From: Chitinophagales bacterium
Lineage (GTDB): Bacteria; Bacteroidota; Bacteroidia; Chitinophagales; Chitinophagaceae
Length of the DNA stretch: 64,000 nucleotides
Assembly: GCA_020636505.1 (NCBI GenBank)
Contig: JACJXR010000009.1
Coordinates: forward strand, 4,228-68,227
Direction of reading: 5' to 3'
Shown: in pieces, positions 55,127 through 64,000 of the stretch
Position numbering within the stretch: the stretch's first letter is position 1
Layout of the letters: every line of letters starts with the position of its first letter
Notes under the pieces: generated by a model
What the model was told of the DNA's origin: nothing
Databases searched by the model: none
The model's input: only the letters and a program-made list of their open reading frames with translations
Position numbers and translations under genes: made by a program

Positions 55127-55777
55127 TTACTTGAAATTGAATACCAAGCCCACACCCGCGTAATTATCTTGCAATACAGGCTGCATGCGCATGGAAATAT
55201 CAGGAGATATATCGAAGTTCTTCAAGTGTGCGGATGCTACAGCATCCAATATTTGTGCGGCATAACCGACAGCGGTCAGCAGTACGATGACATCCAAGTC
55301 TTTTCTGTAAGAGTCTTGCAGTCGTTTGATGTCTGCAACAGTATATAACGGGAATTGGTCGTTTTCTGTGGTGGCGTCCAGCCTGCTGATGTATGCTTTC
55401 TTATATAGGGTGTATTTGTCGTAGTTGTATTTGATAAAGTATCCGGCAGTACCAAGTATGGCATATACCAGAGGGAGTTTCCAGTATTGTCTGTTATAGA
55501 ATTGCCCGGAGCCCGGTAGTATGGATGCATACATGCCCGCCTTCTTCGGGTTGGGGACAAATACCTTCTTCAACTTCACCATAGAGGTATCTGCAACATC
55601 TTGCTCCACAGGAGCAGCATCGGCTTTGAAGAATGCGTTGTTTTGACTCAACGTTCTGATGCTGTCGGTCATAGCACTTGTGCTGTCTTCCTGAGCAAAT
55701 GTGTCCTGCGCGAATGCAAAACACAGCATTAATGTCAATATGAACGTTAAACCTCTCAAAGTCTTATTGTTGCGCAA
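55127..55777 (-). CDS. DUF5683-like membrane protein
   Basis: Signal-like N-terminus (TTG start). SILPGSGQFYNRQYWKLPLVYAILG is the DUF5683 core as I recall it. Confidence 0.65.
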   Translation of the reverse strand: MRNNKTLRGLTFILTLMLCFAFAQDTFAQEDSTSAMTDSIRTLSQNNAFFKADAAPVEQDVADTSMVKLKKVFVPNPKKAGMYASILPGSGQFYNRQYWKLPLVYAILGTAGYFIKYNYDKYTLYKKAYISRLDATTENDQFPLYTVADIKRLQDSYRKDLDVIVLLTAVGYAAQILDAVASAHLKNFDISPDISMRMQPVLQDNYAGVGLVFNFK

Positions 55778-55845
55778 ATTTATTCAAATGATGCATAAAA
55801 AAACAGCCTCATTTAGAGGCTGATGATTTTTTAGTGTGAATATTC

Positions 55846-58005
55846 TTATTTCGACCTCATGCCGATCTTCACTTTCGAGCCCATCTTGTTCATGTCCTCA
55901 ATGATATTTACCGTCTCGGCAAGGTATGCGTCTTTGGACAGATTTTTTATCCATTCTTCATTCCTCTTAATGGTGGTGCTGTCCATATTTATCTTGGCAA
56001 TATCCTCTTTAGGATTAGCGATGGTCAGTTTATCAGCCTTTTCGCTCAATTCTTTCAATCTGTCCGCAGTAGCGTTCAATTCAGCCATTTCTTCTTTGTA
56101 AACCACTTCATTCAACGATGTGGTTTTATCGTCTTCTTGCTTCTTGATGCGGTCTGCATTGTCTTTTATCAGCTTGAATGTTTCGTTGTCGTTGATACGT
56201 GCATAGCTTTTCTCCGCCAATTTGCGTGTATCCACAGCTTTTGAAACCATTTTGTAGTTAGCTGCAGGAATTTCATCCCAAGGTAGGGCAGACTTGTCTT
56301 TACGCTCACCCATATCCAAATGTTCGTATTGGTCAGGGAAGATGATGTCCGGTGTAACACCTCTCAACTGAGTGGAACCTCCGTTTATTCTATAAAACTT
56401 CTGTATGGTCAGTTTCAAAGCGCCTATCCCTTCATCGTCTCCCTCTTTGTTCAGTTTCATGAACTTCGAAAACTCATCGAGTGATACGATCTTCTGGACG
56501 GTTCCTTTGCCGAATGTGGTAGAGCCTACTATCACCGCACGCTTGTAGTCTTGCAATGCAGCAGCCATTATCTCTGATGCTGATGCACTACCGTGGTTGA
56601 TCATTATAGCCAAAGGACCATCATAAAGAGTGCCTTCTTGTCTGTCTTCAAGAGTTACAGGTTCGGAGTGGCTGCTTTTCACCTGAACGATAGGGCCTTC
56701 GTCAACAAATAAACCGGCCATGTTGATAACATCGTTCAACGAACCACCGCCATTGTAGCGTAGGTCTAGGATGATACCCGATACATTGGCATTCTTCAAT
56801 TTCATTACCTCAATGGCCACATCTTCTGAACATCTGCGTCCATTTGCATTCTGGAAGTTGGCATAGAAGTCAGGCAGGTAGATATAACCCACCGGTCCTG
56901 CTTCGGATTCAATGATAGCAGACTTGGCAAATGCTTCCTCTATTTGTACCTCACCACGTATGATGGGTATTACTTTTTCGGCGCCGTTCACTTTTTTAAC
57001 GGTCAGTCTTACCTCAGTACCCTTGGCACCGCGGATTATCTTAACCGCTTCGTCTATATCGTAATCTGTAACATCCACAGGTTCTTGTTCACCCTGTGCG
57101 ACTTTTATTATTTGGTCGCCTGACTCCAATTCACCTTGTTTCCAACAAGGGCTACCTGCTATTATTTCAACTATGGTAATTCGTCCTTCTTTTTCTTGGA
57201 GTCTTGCTCCTATACCGAAGAATGTACCTGACATGGCTTCGTCGAATTTCTTCTTATCCTCAGGAGGGAAATAATCCGTATGTGGGTCTTGAGTATTGGT
57301 AATGCAATTCACATACATGGTGAATCTGTCTTCCGCATCCAATTTGTGAACACGCTTGTAGAAGAAGTCCATGCTTTTTTCAAGACCTTCTCTCGCTTCT
57401 TTCTCCAGCTCTGCTTCTGTTTTCGTTTCTTTCAGCGTGGTGTCGTTATCGTCTATTCTTTGCTGTTGAGTCTTCTTAAGACTCACATAGCTGCTGAGTG
57501 CGCGAGACTTAAGATACTTGCGCCAACGGTCTTTACGCTCTGCGGCATCTTTTGGGAAGCTCAGTGTTTCGTCACCCACAGTATACTCTTCATTCAACGT
57601 ATAGTCGAAAGGCTTGGCCAATATCTCTTTGTAATACTTTTCTGTCTCCTCGGAGCCTTTGTCGTAGAGCTCAGTGAACTTATCATAGAATGCAGTGGAA
57701 CCTTCTTTTATCTCATCGTCTATTTTGAACTCGTATTCGGATAGAATATCAATATCGGCTTGAGTAAGTATACGCCTATCGTAGTCCATCCTGTTGATGA
57801 AACGGTTATATACTTGAGCAGAAAAAGAGTCGTTCAGCTCGCGTGGAGAAAAATGTCCTTGCTCCAAAGCCTTTGTGACGGTCTCAATTATTTTCTGCTT
57901 CTGTGTTTGATTGATGTTGTTGCTATACCTGAAAGAAAAAAACGCAGCCAAGGCAGCGACAATCAATAATGGTATTAAAATCTTGTTCCTCATGAATCTC
58001 AACAT
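55846..58005 (-). CDS. S41-family carboxy-terminal processing peptidase
   Basis: 719 aa. A PDZ-like segment is followed by GIILDLRYNGGGSLND and GSASASEIMAAALQDY. Confidence 0.88.
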   Translation of the reverse strand: MLRFMRNKILIPLLIVAALAAFFSFRYSNNINQTQKQKIIETVTKALEQGHFSPRELNDSFSAQVYNRFINRMDYDRRILTQADIDILSEYEFKIDDEIKEGSTAFYDKFTELYDKGSEETEKYYKEILAKPFDYTLNEEYTVGDETLSFPKDAAERKDRWRKYLKSRALSSYVSLKKTQQQRIDDNDTTLKETKTEAELEKEAREGLEKSMDFFYKRVHKLDAEDRFTMYVNCITNTQDPHTDYFPPEDKKKFDEAMSGTFFGIGARLQEKEGRITIVEIIAGSPCWKQGELESGDQIIKVAQGEQEPVDVTDYDIDEAVKIIRGAKGTEVRLTVKKVNGAEKVIPIIRGEVQIEEAFAKSAIIESEAGPVGYIYLPDFYANFQNANGRRCSEDVAIEVMKLKNANVSGIILDLRYNGGGSLNDVINMAGLFVDEGPIVQVKSSHSEPVTLEDRQEGTLYDGPLAIMINHGSASASEIMAAALQDYKRAVIVGSTTFGKGTVQKIVSLDEFSKFMKLNKEGDDEGIGALKLTIQKFYRINGGSTQLRGVTPDIIFPDQYEHLDMGERKDKSALPWDEIPAANYKMVSKAVDTRKLAEKSYARINDNETFKLIKDNADRIKKQEDDKTTSLNEVVYKEEMAELNATADRLKELSEKADKLTIANPKEDIAKINMDSTTIKRNEEWIKNLSKDAYLAETVNIIEDMNKMGSKVKIGMRSK

Positions 58006-58140
58006 AATCTTATGACTTATTTGCTATACAAACAAATGTAACCCTTTTGCTGTTAATAAAACGCTAATCAGCAGCACATTACAGGGGATGCTTCGGGGGA
58101 TATTCAAAGCGTGGAATATCGTAACTTGCACCCTGAAATC

Positions 58141-58866
58141 ATGCAAAAGGTCAATTATCACAATATAGGGCAAATAGAGTATGGTGCGGCTTTCAAGTTG
58201 CAAGAGGAGTATATGCAAAAGGGGCTCAAAGTAAAGGCCGCCCGTTTTGGCAAACCCGAGGAGGAATTTCCTGCCGACGATATAGAGCATTATCTATTTG
58301 TTTGTGAACATCCGCATGTATACACATTGGGTAAGAGCGGGCATATGGAGAACCTGCTTGTGAACGATGCTCGATTGAAAGAGTTGGGTGTCAGTTTTTA
58401 CAACACCAACAGGGGAGGAGACATTACGTATCACGGGCCCGGACAATTGGTGGGATACCCTGTATTGGATCTCGAACAATACTTCACCGATCTTGGCAAG
58501 TACATGCGTAGCCTTGAAGAAGCCGTCATCAAAACCGTTGCTCATTATGGCATAGAAGCAGGACGACTGGAAGGTGCCACCGGAGTATGGCTTGACCCCG
58601 ACAACCCTCAACGCGCAAGGAAGATATGTGCAATGGGTGTGAAGTGTAGCCGTTGGATGACGATGCACGGACTCGCACTGAATGTAAATACCGACTTAAG
58701 TTTCTTCGGGCATATAGTGCCTTGCGGCATTTCCGACAAAGCGGTTACCTCCATCAAGCAGGAGCTTGGCCATGAAGTTGATATGGACGAAGTGACCGAA
58801 GTCTTCGTAAAGGCTTTCGCGGAGGTGTTTGAATCCGAGATAGTTGAATTGGAGCTACAAGGTTAG
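58141..58866 (+). CDS. lipB: Lipoyl(octanoyl) transferase
   Basis: Contains EHPHVYTLGK, RGGDITYHGPGQLVGYPVLDL and KICAMGVK. The ATG at 58141 is preferred over the upstream GTG at 58111. Confidence 0.9.
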   Translation: MQKVNYHNIGQIEYGAAFKLQEEYMQKGLKVKAARFGKPEEEFPADDIEHYLFVCEHPHVYTLGKSGHMENLLVNDARLKELGVSFYNTNRGGDITYHGPGQLVGYPVLDLEQYFTDLGKYMRSLEEAVIKTVAHYGIEAGRLEGATGVWLDPDNPQRARKICAMGVKCSRWMTMHGLALNVNTDLSFFGHIVPCGISDKAVTSIKQELGHEVDMDEVTEVFVKAFAEVFESEIVELELQG

Positions 58867-59759
58867 TAGATGGTTATATAACCTTCTTCCATTTTATCGG
58901 TTCCCTCGAACAGAATGAATTTGTAGATGCCCTTCTTGCCGAAGTTGCGCTTGTCTATTATCACTTGCTTTTGCCTGATACGTGGTACATCAAGAATAGG
59001 TGTTCTTTCATTTCCTTTTTCGTAGAAGCGTATGGCGTATGTGGAGCGCGTATTCTGAGGGAGCTCAAGTGTCACATGTCCGGTAAACGGGTTGGTGAAT
59101 ACATATTGAGACTTCATGTATCCTATCTGATTGCTGTTCTGGTCCATTGGGATGTCCAGCTTGATGGTAGGCTTCGGTTGTGAAGGAGTGGTAGAGCTGA
59201 CGGTTGCATTTGTGCTGCGTACAGGTGTTCTTGCAGTGTTTACTCGTGTATTGTCCGCATTGGCTCTATTGCCTGTATAAACAGGCGTAGCATCTGTTTT
59301 GGGGTCAAAAGTCGATGCAACTACATCGTTTGACTCTATTTTGATGGTGGAGGCATAACGCTGCAGAGAATCGTTTGGAGGAATAACTCCTTTTTCCAAT
59401 AGTGATGCACTGTCGTTATATATCTTAATACGGTTGCTGTACCATGTAAGGTCGGAGCTGAACGCGATATTCAATCGATACCAATTGTCTCCGGGGTTGG
59501 GATGCCCGTCAATGTAGGCTTGTACACCTTGTTTCAAGTCTTTTACATAGCCGATGGTAACAAAGTTCACCACACTATCGGATGAACGCTGAACCGCAAT
59601 GGATTTCAATCCACTGTATTGGCAAGACCAACTTAAAACGTTGATACCCTTATTAGTGGCACCTACAATGTCCGGCAAGGCCGGTTGTGCGAACGAAGGT
59701 GTGCCGATAACAAGAAAAAATATAAAAAGTGTAAATCTGTACACGATTTTCCCAATCAT
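58863..59759 (-). CDS. Hypothetical secreted protein (298 aa)
   Basis: Signal peptide FLVIGTPSFAQ. No recognised motif. Confidence 0.6.
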   Translation of the reverse strand: MIGKIVYRFTLFIFFLVIGTPSFAQPALPDIVGATNKGINVLSWSCQYSGLKSIAVQRSSDSVVNFVTIGYVKDLKQGVQAYIDGHPNPGDNWYRLNIAFSSDLTWYSNRIKIYNDSASLLEKGVIPPNDSLQRYASTIKIESNDVVASTFDPKTDATPVYTGNRANADNTRVNTARTPVRSTNATVSSTTPSQPKPTIKLDIPMDQNSNQIGYMKSQYVFTNPFTGHVTLELPQNTRSTYAIRFYEKGNERTPILDVPRIRQKQVIIDKRNFGKKGIYKFILFEGTDKMEEGYITIY

Positions 59760-59905
59760 CCGCCAAACCTAATGCAAATTTTATTTTGACAGAAAAATAT
59801 TGTTATACATTTTCAATTCAATAACAAATAGCCAAAGGATGACACTCGCCATTTGTACTTGACACATTTTATCTTTAGTTTGGCTGTTTATATCATATAC
59901 TACTT

Positions 59906-61552
59906 ATGGGGCTATTTAAAACCAAACCGCTGAGCGTATTGTTTGCCGAAGCGGAAGACTCAGATAAAAGTTTAAAAAAGACATTATCCGCCACATCGTT
60001 GGTGGCATTGGGTATAGGAGCCATCATTGGTGCAGGGCTATTCTCCATTACGGGTATAGCCGCAGCCAGCCATGCAGGCCCGGGTATCACCATCTCTTTC
60101 ATCATTGCAGCCGTAGGTTGTGCGTTTGCAGGTCTGTGTTACGCGGAGTTTGCATCCATGATACCCATAGCGGGTAGCGCGTATACCTATTCATATGCCA
60201 CAATGGGTGAATTCATCGCATGGATCATCGGTTGGGACCTTGTTTTGGAATATGCCGTAGGTGCGGCAACGGTTTCCATCAGCTGGTCCAAGTACTTGGT
60301 GAAGTTTTTAGGGTATTACGATATCAATTTAGGAGAACAATTCACCCATTCGCCGGTTGAGGGAGGTATTATGAATATACCTGCTGTAATAATCGTGATG
60401 CTGATGTCATCATTGTTGATGCGCGGTACACGTGAATCTGCCGTTGTGAATGGTGTTATCGTTGCATTGAAAGTTTCCGTTGTATTGGTGTTTATCGCAT
60501 TGGGATGGCAATATATCCGTCCTGAGAACTTCGATCCATATGTGCCTACCAATACAGGTACATTCGGTGAATTTGGTTTCAGTGGTGTGATAAGGGCTGC
60601 TGCCATCGTATTCTTTGCATATATCGGCTTCGATGCGGTATCCACTGCGGCACAAGAGGCCAAGAATCCGAAACGGGATATGCCGATAGGGATATTGGTG
60701 TCTCTGGCGATATGTACCATACTATATATACTCTTCGCACACGTAATGACGGGTGTGGCCAACTATCAAACCTTTGCGGGTGCTGATGGTATTGCTCCTG
60801 TTGCCATAGCGATCGACCAAATGGGTTCTCCAAATGCGGCGGGTGTCGTACAGCCGGATTATCCATGGTTGAACCAAGCCATCATATTGGCGATATTGGC
60901 GGGTTATGCTTCGGTTATCATGGTGATGTTGATGGGGCAATCAAGAGTATTTTTCTCAATGAGTCGTGACGGTTTGGTACCGGGCGTATTCTCCAAAGTA
61001 CACCACAAGTATCGTACTCCCGCACGTAACAACTTCATGTTCATGCTGTTGGTGAGTGTATTTGCAGCATTTGTACCTGCAGATGTGGTAGGCGAGATGA
61101 CCAGTATCGGAACATTGTTCGCATTCATATTGGTAAGCATAGGAGTGATAGTGATGCGTCGCAATCAGCCGGATGCACCAAGAGCATTCAAAACTCCGTT
61201 GGTGCCATTGGTACCGATATTGGGTGTGGTTACCTGTTTGTTCATGATGGTATTCCTACCGTTGGATACATGGATAAGGCTTGTGGCATGGATGATGGTA
61301 GGTTTCGACCTTTACTTGTTCTACGGTATGCGCAACAGCCATATGAACAAAGAGGGCTTCTCGAACAAGAGCTTCCGTACGGTGGCATATACCGGTTTCG
61401 GTTCTACGGTATTGTTGATAATCATTGCAGTATTGCATCAGAACTCGATAGGTGGACCTGATGGACTGTTCTATTTTGCCGTCGTATTCGGCATATTGCA
61501 CTTGGTGATATACTCAGTGGGTGCAAGACAGCAGAACAAGCATGTGAAATAA
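59906..61552 (+). CDS. APC-superfamily amino acid permease (CAT-like)
   Basis: 548 aa with 12-14 hydrophobic segments. Contains LGIGAIIGAGLF and FFAYIGFDAVSTAAQEAKNPKRDMP motifs. Confidence 0.88.
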   Translation: MGLFKTKPLSVLFAEAEDSDKSLKKTLSATSLVALGIGAIIGAGLFSITGIAAASHAGPGITISFIIAAVGCAFAGLCYAEFASMIPIAGSAYTYSYATMGEFIAWIIGWDLVLEYAVGAATVSISWSKYLVKFLGYYDINLGEQFTHSPVEGGIMNIPAVIIVMLMSSLLMRGTRESAVVNGVIVALKVSVVLVFIALGWQYIRPENFDPYVPTNTGTFGEFGFSGVIRAAAIVFFAYIGFDAVSTAAQEAKNPKRDMPIGILVSLAICTILYILFAHVMTGVANYQTFAGADGIAPVAIAIDQMGSPNAAGVVQPDYPWLNQAIILAILAGYASVIMVMLMGQSRVFFSMSRDGLVPGVFSKVHHKYRTPARNNFMFMLLVSVFAAFVPADVVGEMTSIGTLFAFILVSIGVIVMRRNQPDAPRAFKTPLVPLVPILGVVTCLFMMVFLPLDTWIRLVAWMMVGFDLYLFYGMRNSHMNKEGFSNKSFRTVAYTGFGSTVLLIIIAVLHQNSIGGPDGLFYFAVVFGILHLVIYSVGARQQNKHVK

Positions 61553-61572
61553 GACACAACATATTAAGAGTA

Positions 61573-61605
61573 AGGGCTTTCCGTTATGGGAAGCCCTTCT
61601 TTATT
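61573..61605 (+). terminator. Intrinsic terminator candidate after the permease gene
   Basis: AGGGCTTTCC-gttatg-GGAAGCCCT (one bulge) followed by TCTTTATT. Confidence 0.55.
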
Positions 61606-61654
61606 GTAAGTATATATCAGGCTATAAGTACTATAATCTATGCGATAAATTGGC

Positions 61655-61662
61655 TACTTTTG
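61655..61662 (+). promoter_or_regulatory. -7 box candidate (TACTTTTG) upstream of lpdA
   Basis: Matches TAnnTTTG, 49 nt upstream of the ATG. No good -33 TTTG was seen. Confidence 0.3.
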
Positions 61663-61710
61663 TGCCTCTGTTTTGAACAAATCATTTATTAATAAAAATA
61701 TTTCCTGTAT

Positions 61711-63117
61711 ATGACATACGACGTGATCGTAATAGGTAGTGGCCCGGGCGGATATGTTGCCGCCATACGTGCTTCTCAGTTAGGATTTAAAACTGCGATA
61801 GTAGAGCGTGAAAACCTTGGTGGTATCTGTTTGAACTGGGGATGTATTCCTACGAAGGCCCTGCTGAAATCAGCACAAGTGCTAGAATACATCAGCCACG
61901 CGCAGGATTACGGTGTTTCCGTAGGCGATTATAAAGCCGATTTCAACGCTATGATCAAGCGTAGCCGCGGTGTTGCCGATAAGATGAGTAAGGGTATCCA
62001 GTTCTTGATGAAGAAGAACAAGATAGATGTCATCAACGGACAGGCCAAACTTACCAAAGGAAAAGAAGTGGAGGTTACAGGTACTGACGGTAAAAAGTCG
62101 AACTATACCGGAAAACACATCATACTTGCCACAGGTGGCCGTGCACGTGAATTGCCGAACCTACCGATAGACGGTAAGAAAGTAATAGGTTATCGTGAGG
62201 CGATGAATATGCCTTCACAGCCCGAGTCTATGATCATCGTAGGTTCAGGTGCGATAGGTGTTGAGTTTGCTTACTACTATCACAGTGTAGGTACTAAAGT
62301 GACCATCGTTGAATTCATGCCACGCATTGTGCCGGTTGAAGATGAAGACGTATCTCGCGAGTTGGCTCGTCAGTATAAGAAGAAAGGTATCACCATCATG
62401 ACTGACTCTTCTGTAGAGAAAGTGGATACAAAAGGCAGCAAAGTAAAAGCGACTGTTAAGACAGCCAAAGGCGAAGAGATATTGGAAGCAGATGTTGTTT
62501 TGAGTGCAGTAGGTGTTAGTGCCAACATTGAGAACATCGGTCTTGAAGACCTTGGTATCAAAACAGAAAAAGGTAAGGTGATGGTAGATGGCTACTACAA
62601 CACAAATGTAGCCGGTGTATATGCGATAGGCGACATCGTTCCGGGTCAAGCATTGGCACACGTAGCCATGAAAGAAGCGGTGATATGTGTGGAAGCATTC
62701 GCTCAGAAAGAAGGTAAATACGGTCACGTTCCTGAAGTATTGGACTACAACAACGTACCGGGCTGTACTTATTGTTCTCCTGAAATAGCATCTGTAGGAA
62801 TGACTGAAGCGCAAGCCAAAGAAGCCGGTTATGAGATAAAAGTGGGTAAATTTCCATTCTCAGCATCGGGTAAGGCAAGTGCCGCAGGAGCCAACGAAGG
62901 TTTTGTGAAGGTGGTATTTGATGCCAAATACGGCGAATGGTTAGGTGCTCACCTGATAGGAGCCAACGTTACGGAGATAATCGCAGAAACGGTTACCGCT
63001 CGTAAATTGGAAACAACATATCATGAGCAGATAGACACCATCTTCCCGCACCCTACAATGAGTGAGGCGGTGAAAGATGCTATCGAAGTTGCTCTTGGAG
63101 AAGCGATTCACATTTAA
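61711..63117 (+). CDS. lpdA: Dihydrolipoyl dehydrogenase
   Basis: FAD motif VIVIGSGPGGY, redox disulfide GGICLNWGCIPTK, NAD motif IVGSGAIGVE, and C-terminal HPTMSE. Confidence 0.95.
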   Translation: MTYDVIVIGSGPGGYVAAIRASQLGFKTAIVERENLGGICLNWGCIPTKALLKSAQVLEYISHAQDYGVSVGDYKADFNAMIKRSRGVADKMSKGIQFLMKKNKIDVINGQAKLTKGKEVEVTGTDGKKSNYTGKHIILATGGRARELPNLPIDGKKVIGYREAMNMPSQPESMIIVGSGAIGVEFAYYYHSVGTKVTIVEFMPRIVPVEDEDVSRELARQYKKKGITIMTDSSVEKVDTKGSKVKATVKTAKGEEILEADVVLSAVGVSANIENIGLEDLGIKTEKGKVMVDGYYNTNVAGVYAIGDIVPGQALAHVAMKEAVICVEAFAQKEGKYGHVPEVLDYNNVPGCTYCSPEIASVGMTEAQAKEAGYEIKVGKFPFSASGKASAAGANEGFVKVVFDAKYGEWLGAHLIGANVTEIIAETVTARKLETTYHEQIDTIFPHPTMSEAVKDAIEVALGEAIHI

Positions 63118-63139
63118 GAATAAACAGACTTGAAATATT

Positions 63140-63168
63140 AAAGGCTGCTCAATGAGCAGCCTTTTTTT
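63140..63168 (+). terminator. Intrinsic terminator after lpdA
   Basis: AAAGGCTGCTC-aat-GAGCAGCCTTT followed by a T7 run. Confidence 0.8.
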
Positions 63169-63206
63169 GTGTTTTTATTAAGTATCAATAATGGTAATTT
63201 GTGTAC

Positions 63207-63800
63207 ATGCGCAACCTACCTATAAGAAGACCGTTCATATACGCCATAACCGGTTTTTCCTTCTTCATGTTGGCGCATATGGGATTCAATTTACTGCATT
63301 ATGGTATTAACCGATCGGTAGGTTTTCCCATACACATCAACTATATGCATACGAATGCTTATTGTGATGATATTGCAGCATATGGTAAAGAGGGAGGATG
63401 GGAAGAAATATATCATTTCAGTTGGCTTGCATTAATGATATTGTATCCGCTCATCGGTTACTTTTTGGTGAAGAAGAGAAAAACCGAGTTGTCGTTTTGG
63501 AATTGGTTAGGAGTGTTTATGCTTATAGTGCCGCTGTATAACAGTGTACAGACATTTGCAGAAAGAATATTTTATGCATTGAGATACGATAGGACTATCG
63601 CAGAATCTGTTAGTGCTATACTTACACCCAAGTTGATCCCAATCTATATAATATCCGTATTGATAGCCATCTATACTTTCTTCAAGCTATTGTATAAAAA
63701 AGAAAGGATACTGCTGTTGCTGATATCCTTTCCTGTATATGTTGTTACGTACTATTCTTGGTTCTACGTTTGGGGTTGGTATGTCATGCCAACCGTCTAA
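63207..63800 (+). CDS. Hypothetical membrane protein
   Basis: About 5-6 hydrophobic segments. The ATG at 63207 lies just inside the GTG-initiated ORF. Confidence 0.55.
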   Translation: MRNLPIRRPFIYAITGFSFFMLAHMGFNLLHYGINRSVGFPIHINYMHTNAYCDDIAAYGKEGGWEEIYHFSWLALMILYPLIGYFLVKKRKTELSFWNWLGVFMLIVPLYNSVQTFAERIFYALRYDRTIAESVSAILTPKLIPIYIISVLIAIYTFFKLLYKKERILLLLISFPVYVVTYYSWFYVWGWYVMPTV

Positions 63801-63808
63801 CTTAATCT

Positions 63809-64000
63809 CTAGTCTGCTGCTCTGTTCAAAAAATCGTCAAACGGTTTCATGGCTTTGAACACATTGGTACAGTGTTTCATAAAGTCGGCCGATGTGACCA
63901 TTTTATCATCAAAACGATTTACCGCCAAATAGCTCTTGTATTGCAATAGGTCCATTTCAGGGTGGTCTTTCGGGAAACCTTTTGGTGCTGTTTTCAGTTT
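63809..64000 (-). CDS. DUF2461 (TIGR02453) family protein, C-terminal fragment (5' part beyond window edge)
   Basis: Not in the ORF track. The minus-strand frame is open from 64000 to the TAG at 63809-63811. It encodes KLKTAPKGFPKDHPEMDLLQYKSYLAVNRFDDK..., which matches the GFPKDHP..LLK.KS segment of DUF2461 proteins. Confidence 0.6.
   Translation of the reverse strand, partial: KLKTAPKGFPKDHPEMDLLQYKSYLAVNRFDDKMVTSADFMKHCTNVFKAMKPFDDFLNRAAD

Noticed and set aside
55072-55155. 28-codon N-terminal extension of pcm that overlaps the DUF5683-like gene
   Set aside because: The extension (MWAWYSISSKEYL...) has no homology-like character. The Met at 55071 removes the overlap and gives a normal Pcm length.
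60316-62814. Minus-strand ORFs inside the permease and lpdA genes (60316-60762, 60904-61164, 62245-62814, etc.)
   Set aside because: They are antisense to genes with unambiguous family motifs and have no independent support.

Overview
This is a chromosomal segment from a Bacteroidota-type genome, judged from T9SS type A and type B sorting domains, TAnnTTTG promoter boxes, and DUF3347 / HMA-AraC metal-operon architecture. From left to right it contains the following. (1) The 3' 8.5 kb of a giant repetitive T9SS type B surface protein built from 759-bp in-frame super-repeats. (2) A rhomboid protease gene, rlmH and a tRNA-Arg(ACG) gene. (3) A ~21.1-kb integrative element inserted in the 3' end of that tRNA (16-bp direct repeats at 9886-9901 and 31035-31050). 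It carries a phage-like Sak4/DUF3871 module, a large copper/silver-type metal-resistance cargo (HMA-AraC regulator, HMA chaperone, two small Cys-rich 'HYC..CC..PP' proteins, DUF3347, RND pump, OMF, adaptor, CopB-type ATPase), an iteron- and purine-rich non-coding region, a 500-aa ORF with family-A/T7-like polymerase motifs, and an Xis-like HTH protein plus a tyrosine integrase. (4) A short block of orphan genes including a terminase-small-subunit-like gene. (5) Ordinary housekeeping genes (gltA, deoxyhypusine-synthase-like, thiL, IMPase, TolC, phoH, SDR, two tandem FG-GAP/T9SS paralogs, MaoC, a phasin/PhaE-like protein, prmC, ribD, DMT, yigZ, queG, pcm, S41 peptidase, lipB, APC permease, lpdA). 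The most interesting candidate is the tRNA-integrated element, which may be self-replicating through its minimal polymerase-like protein and adjacent origin-like region. All calls come from reading the sequence and ORF translations by eye; no searches were run.
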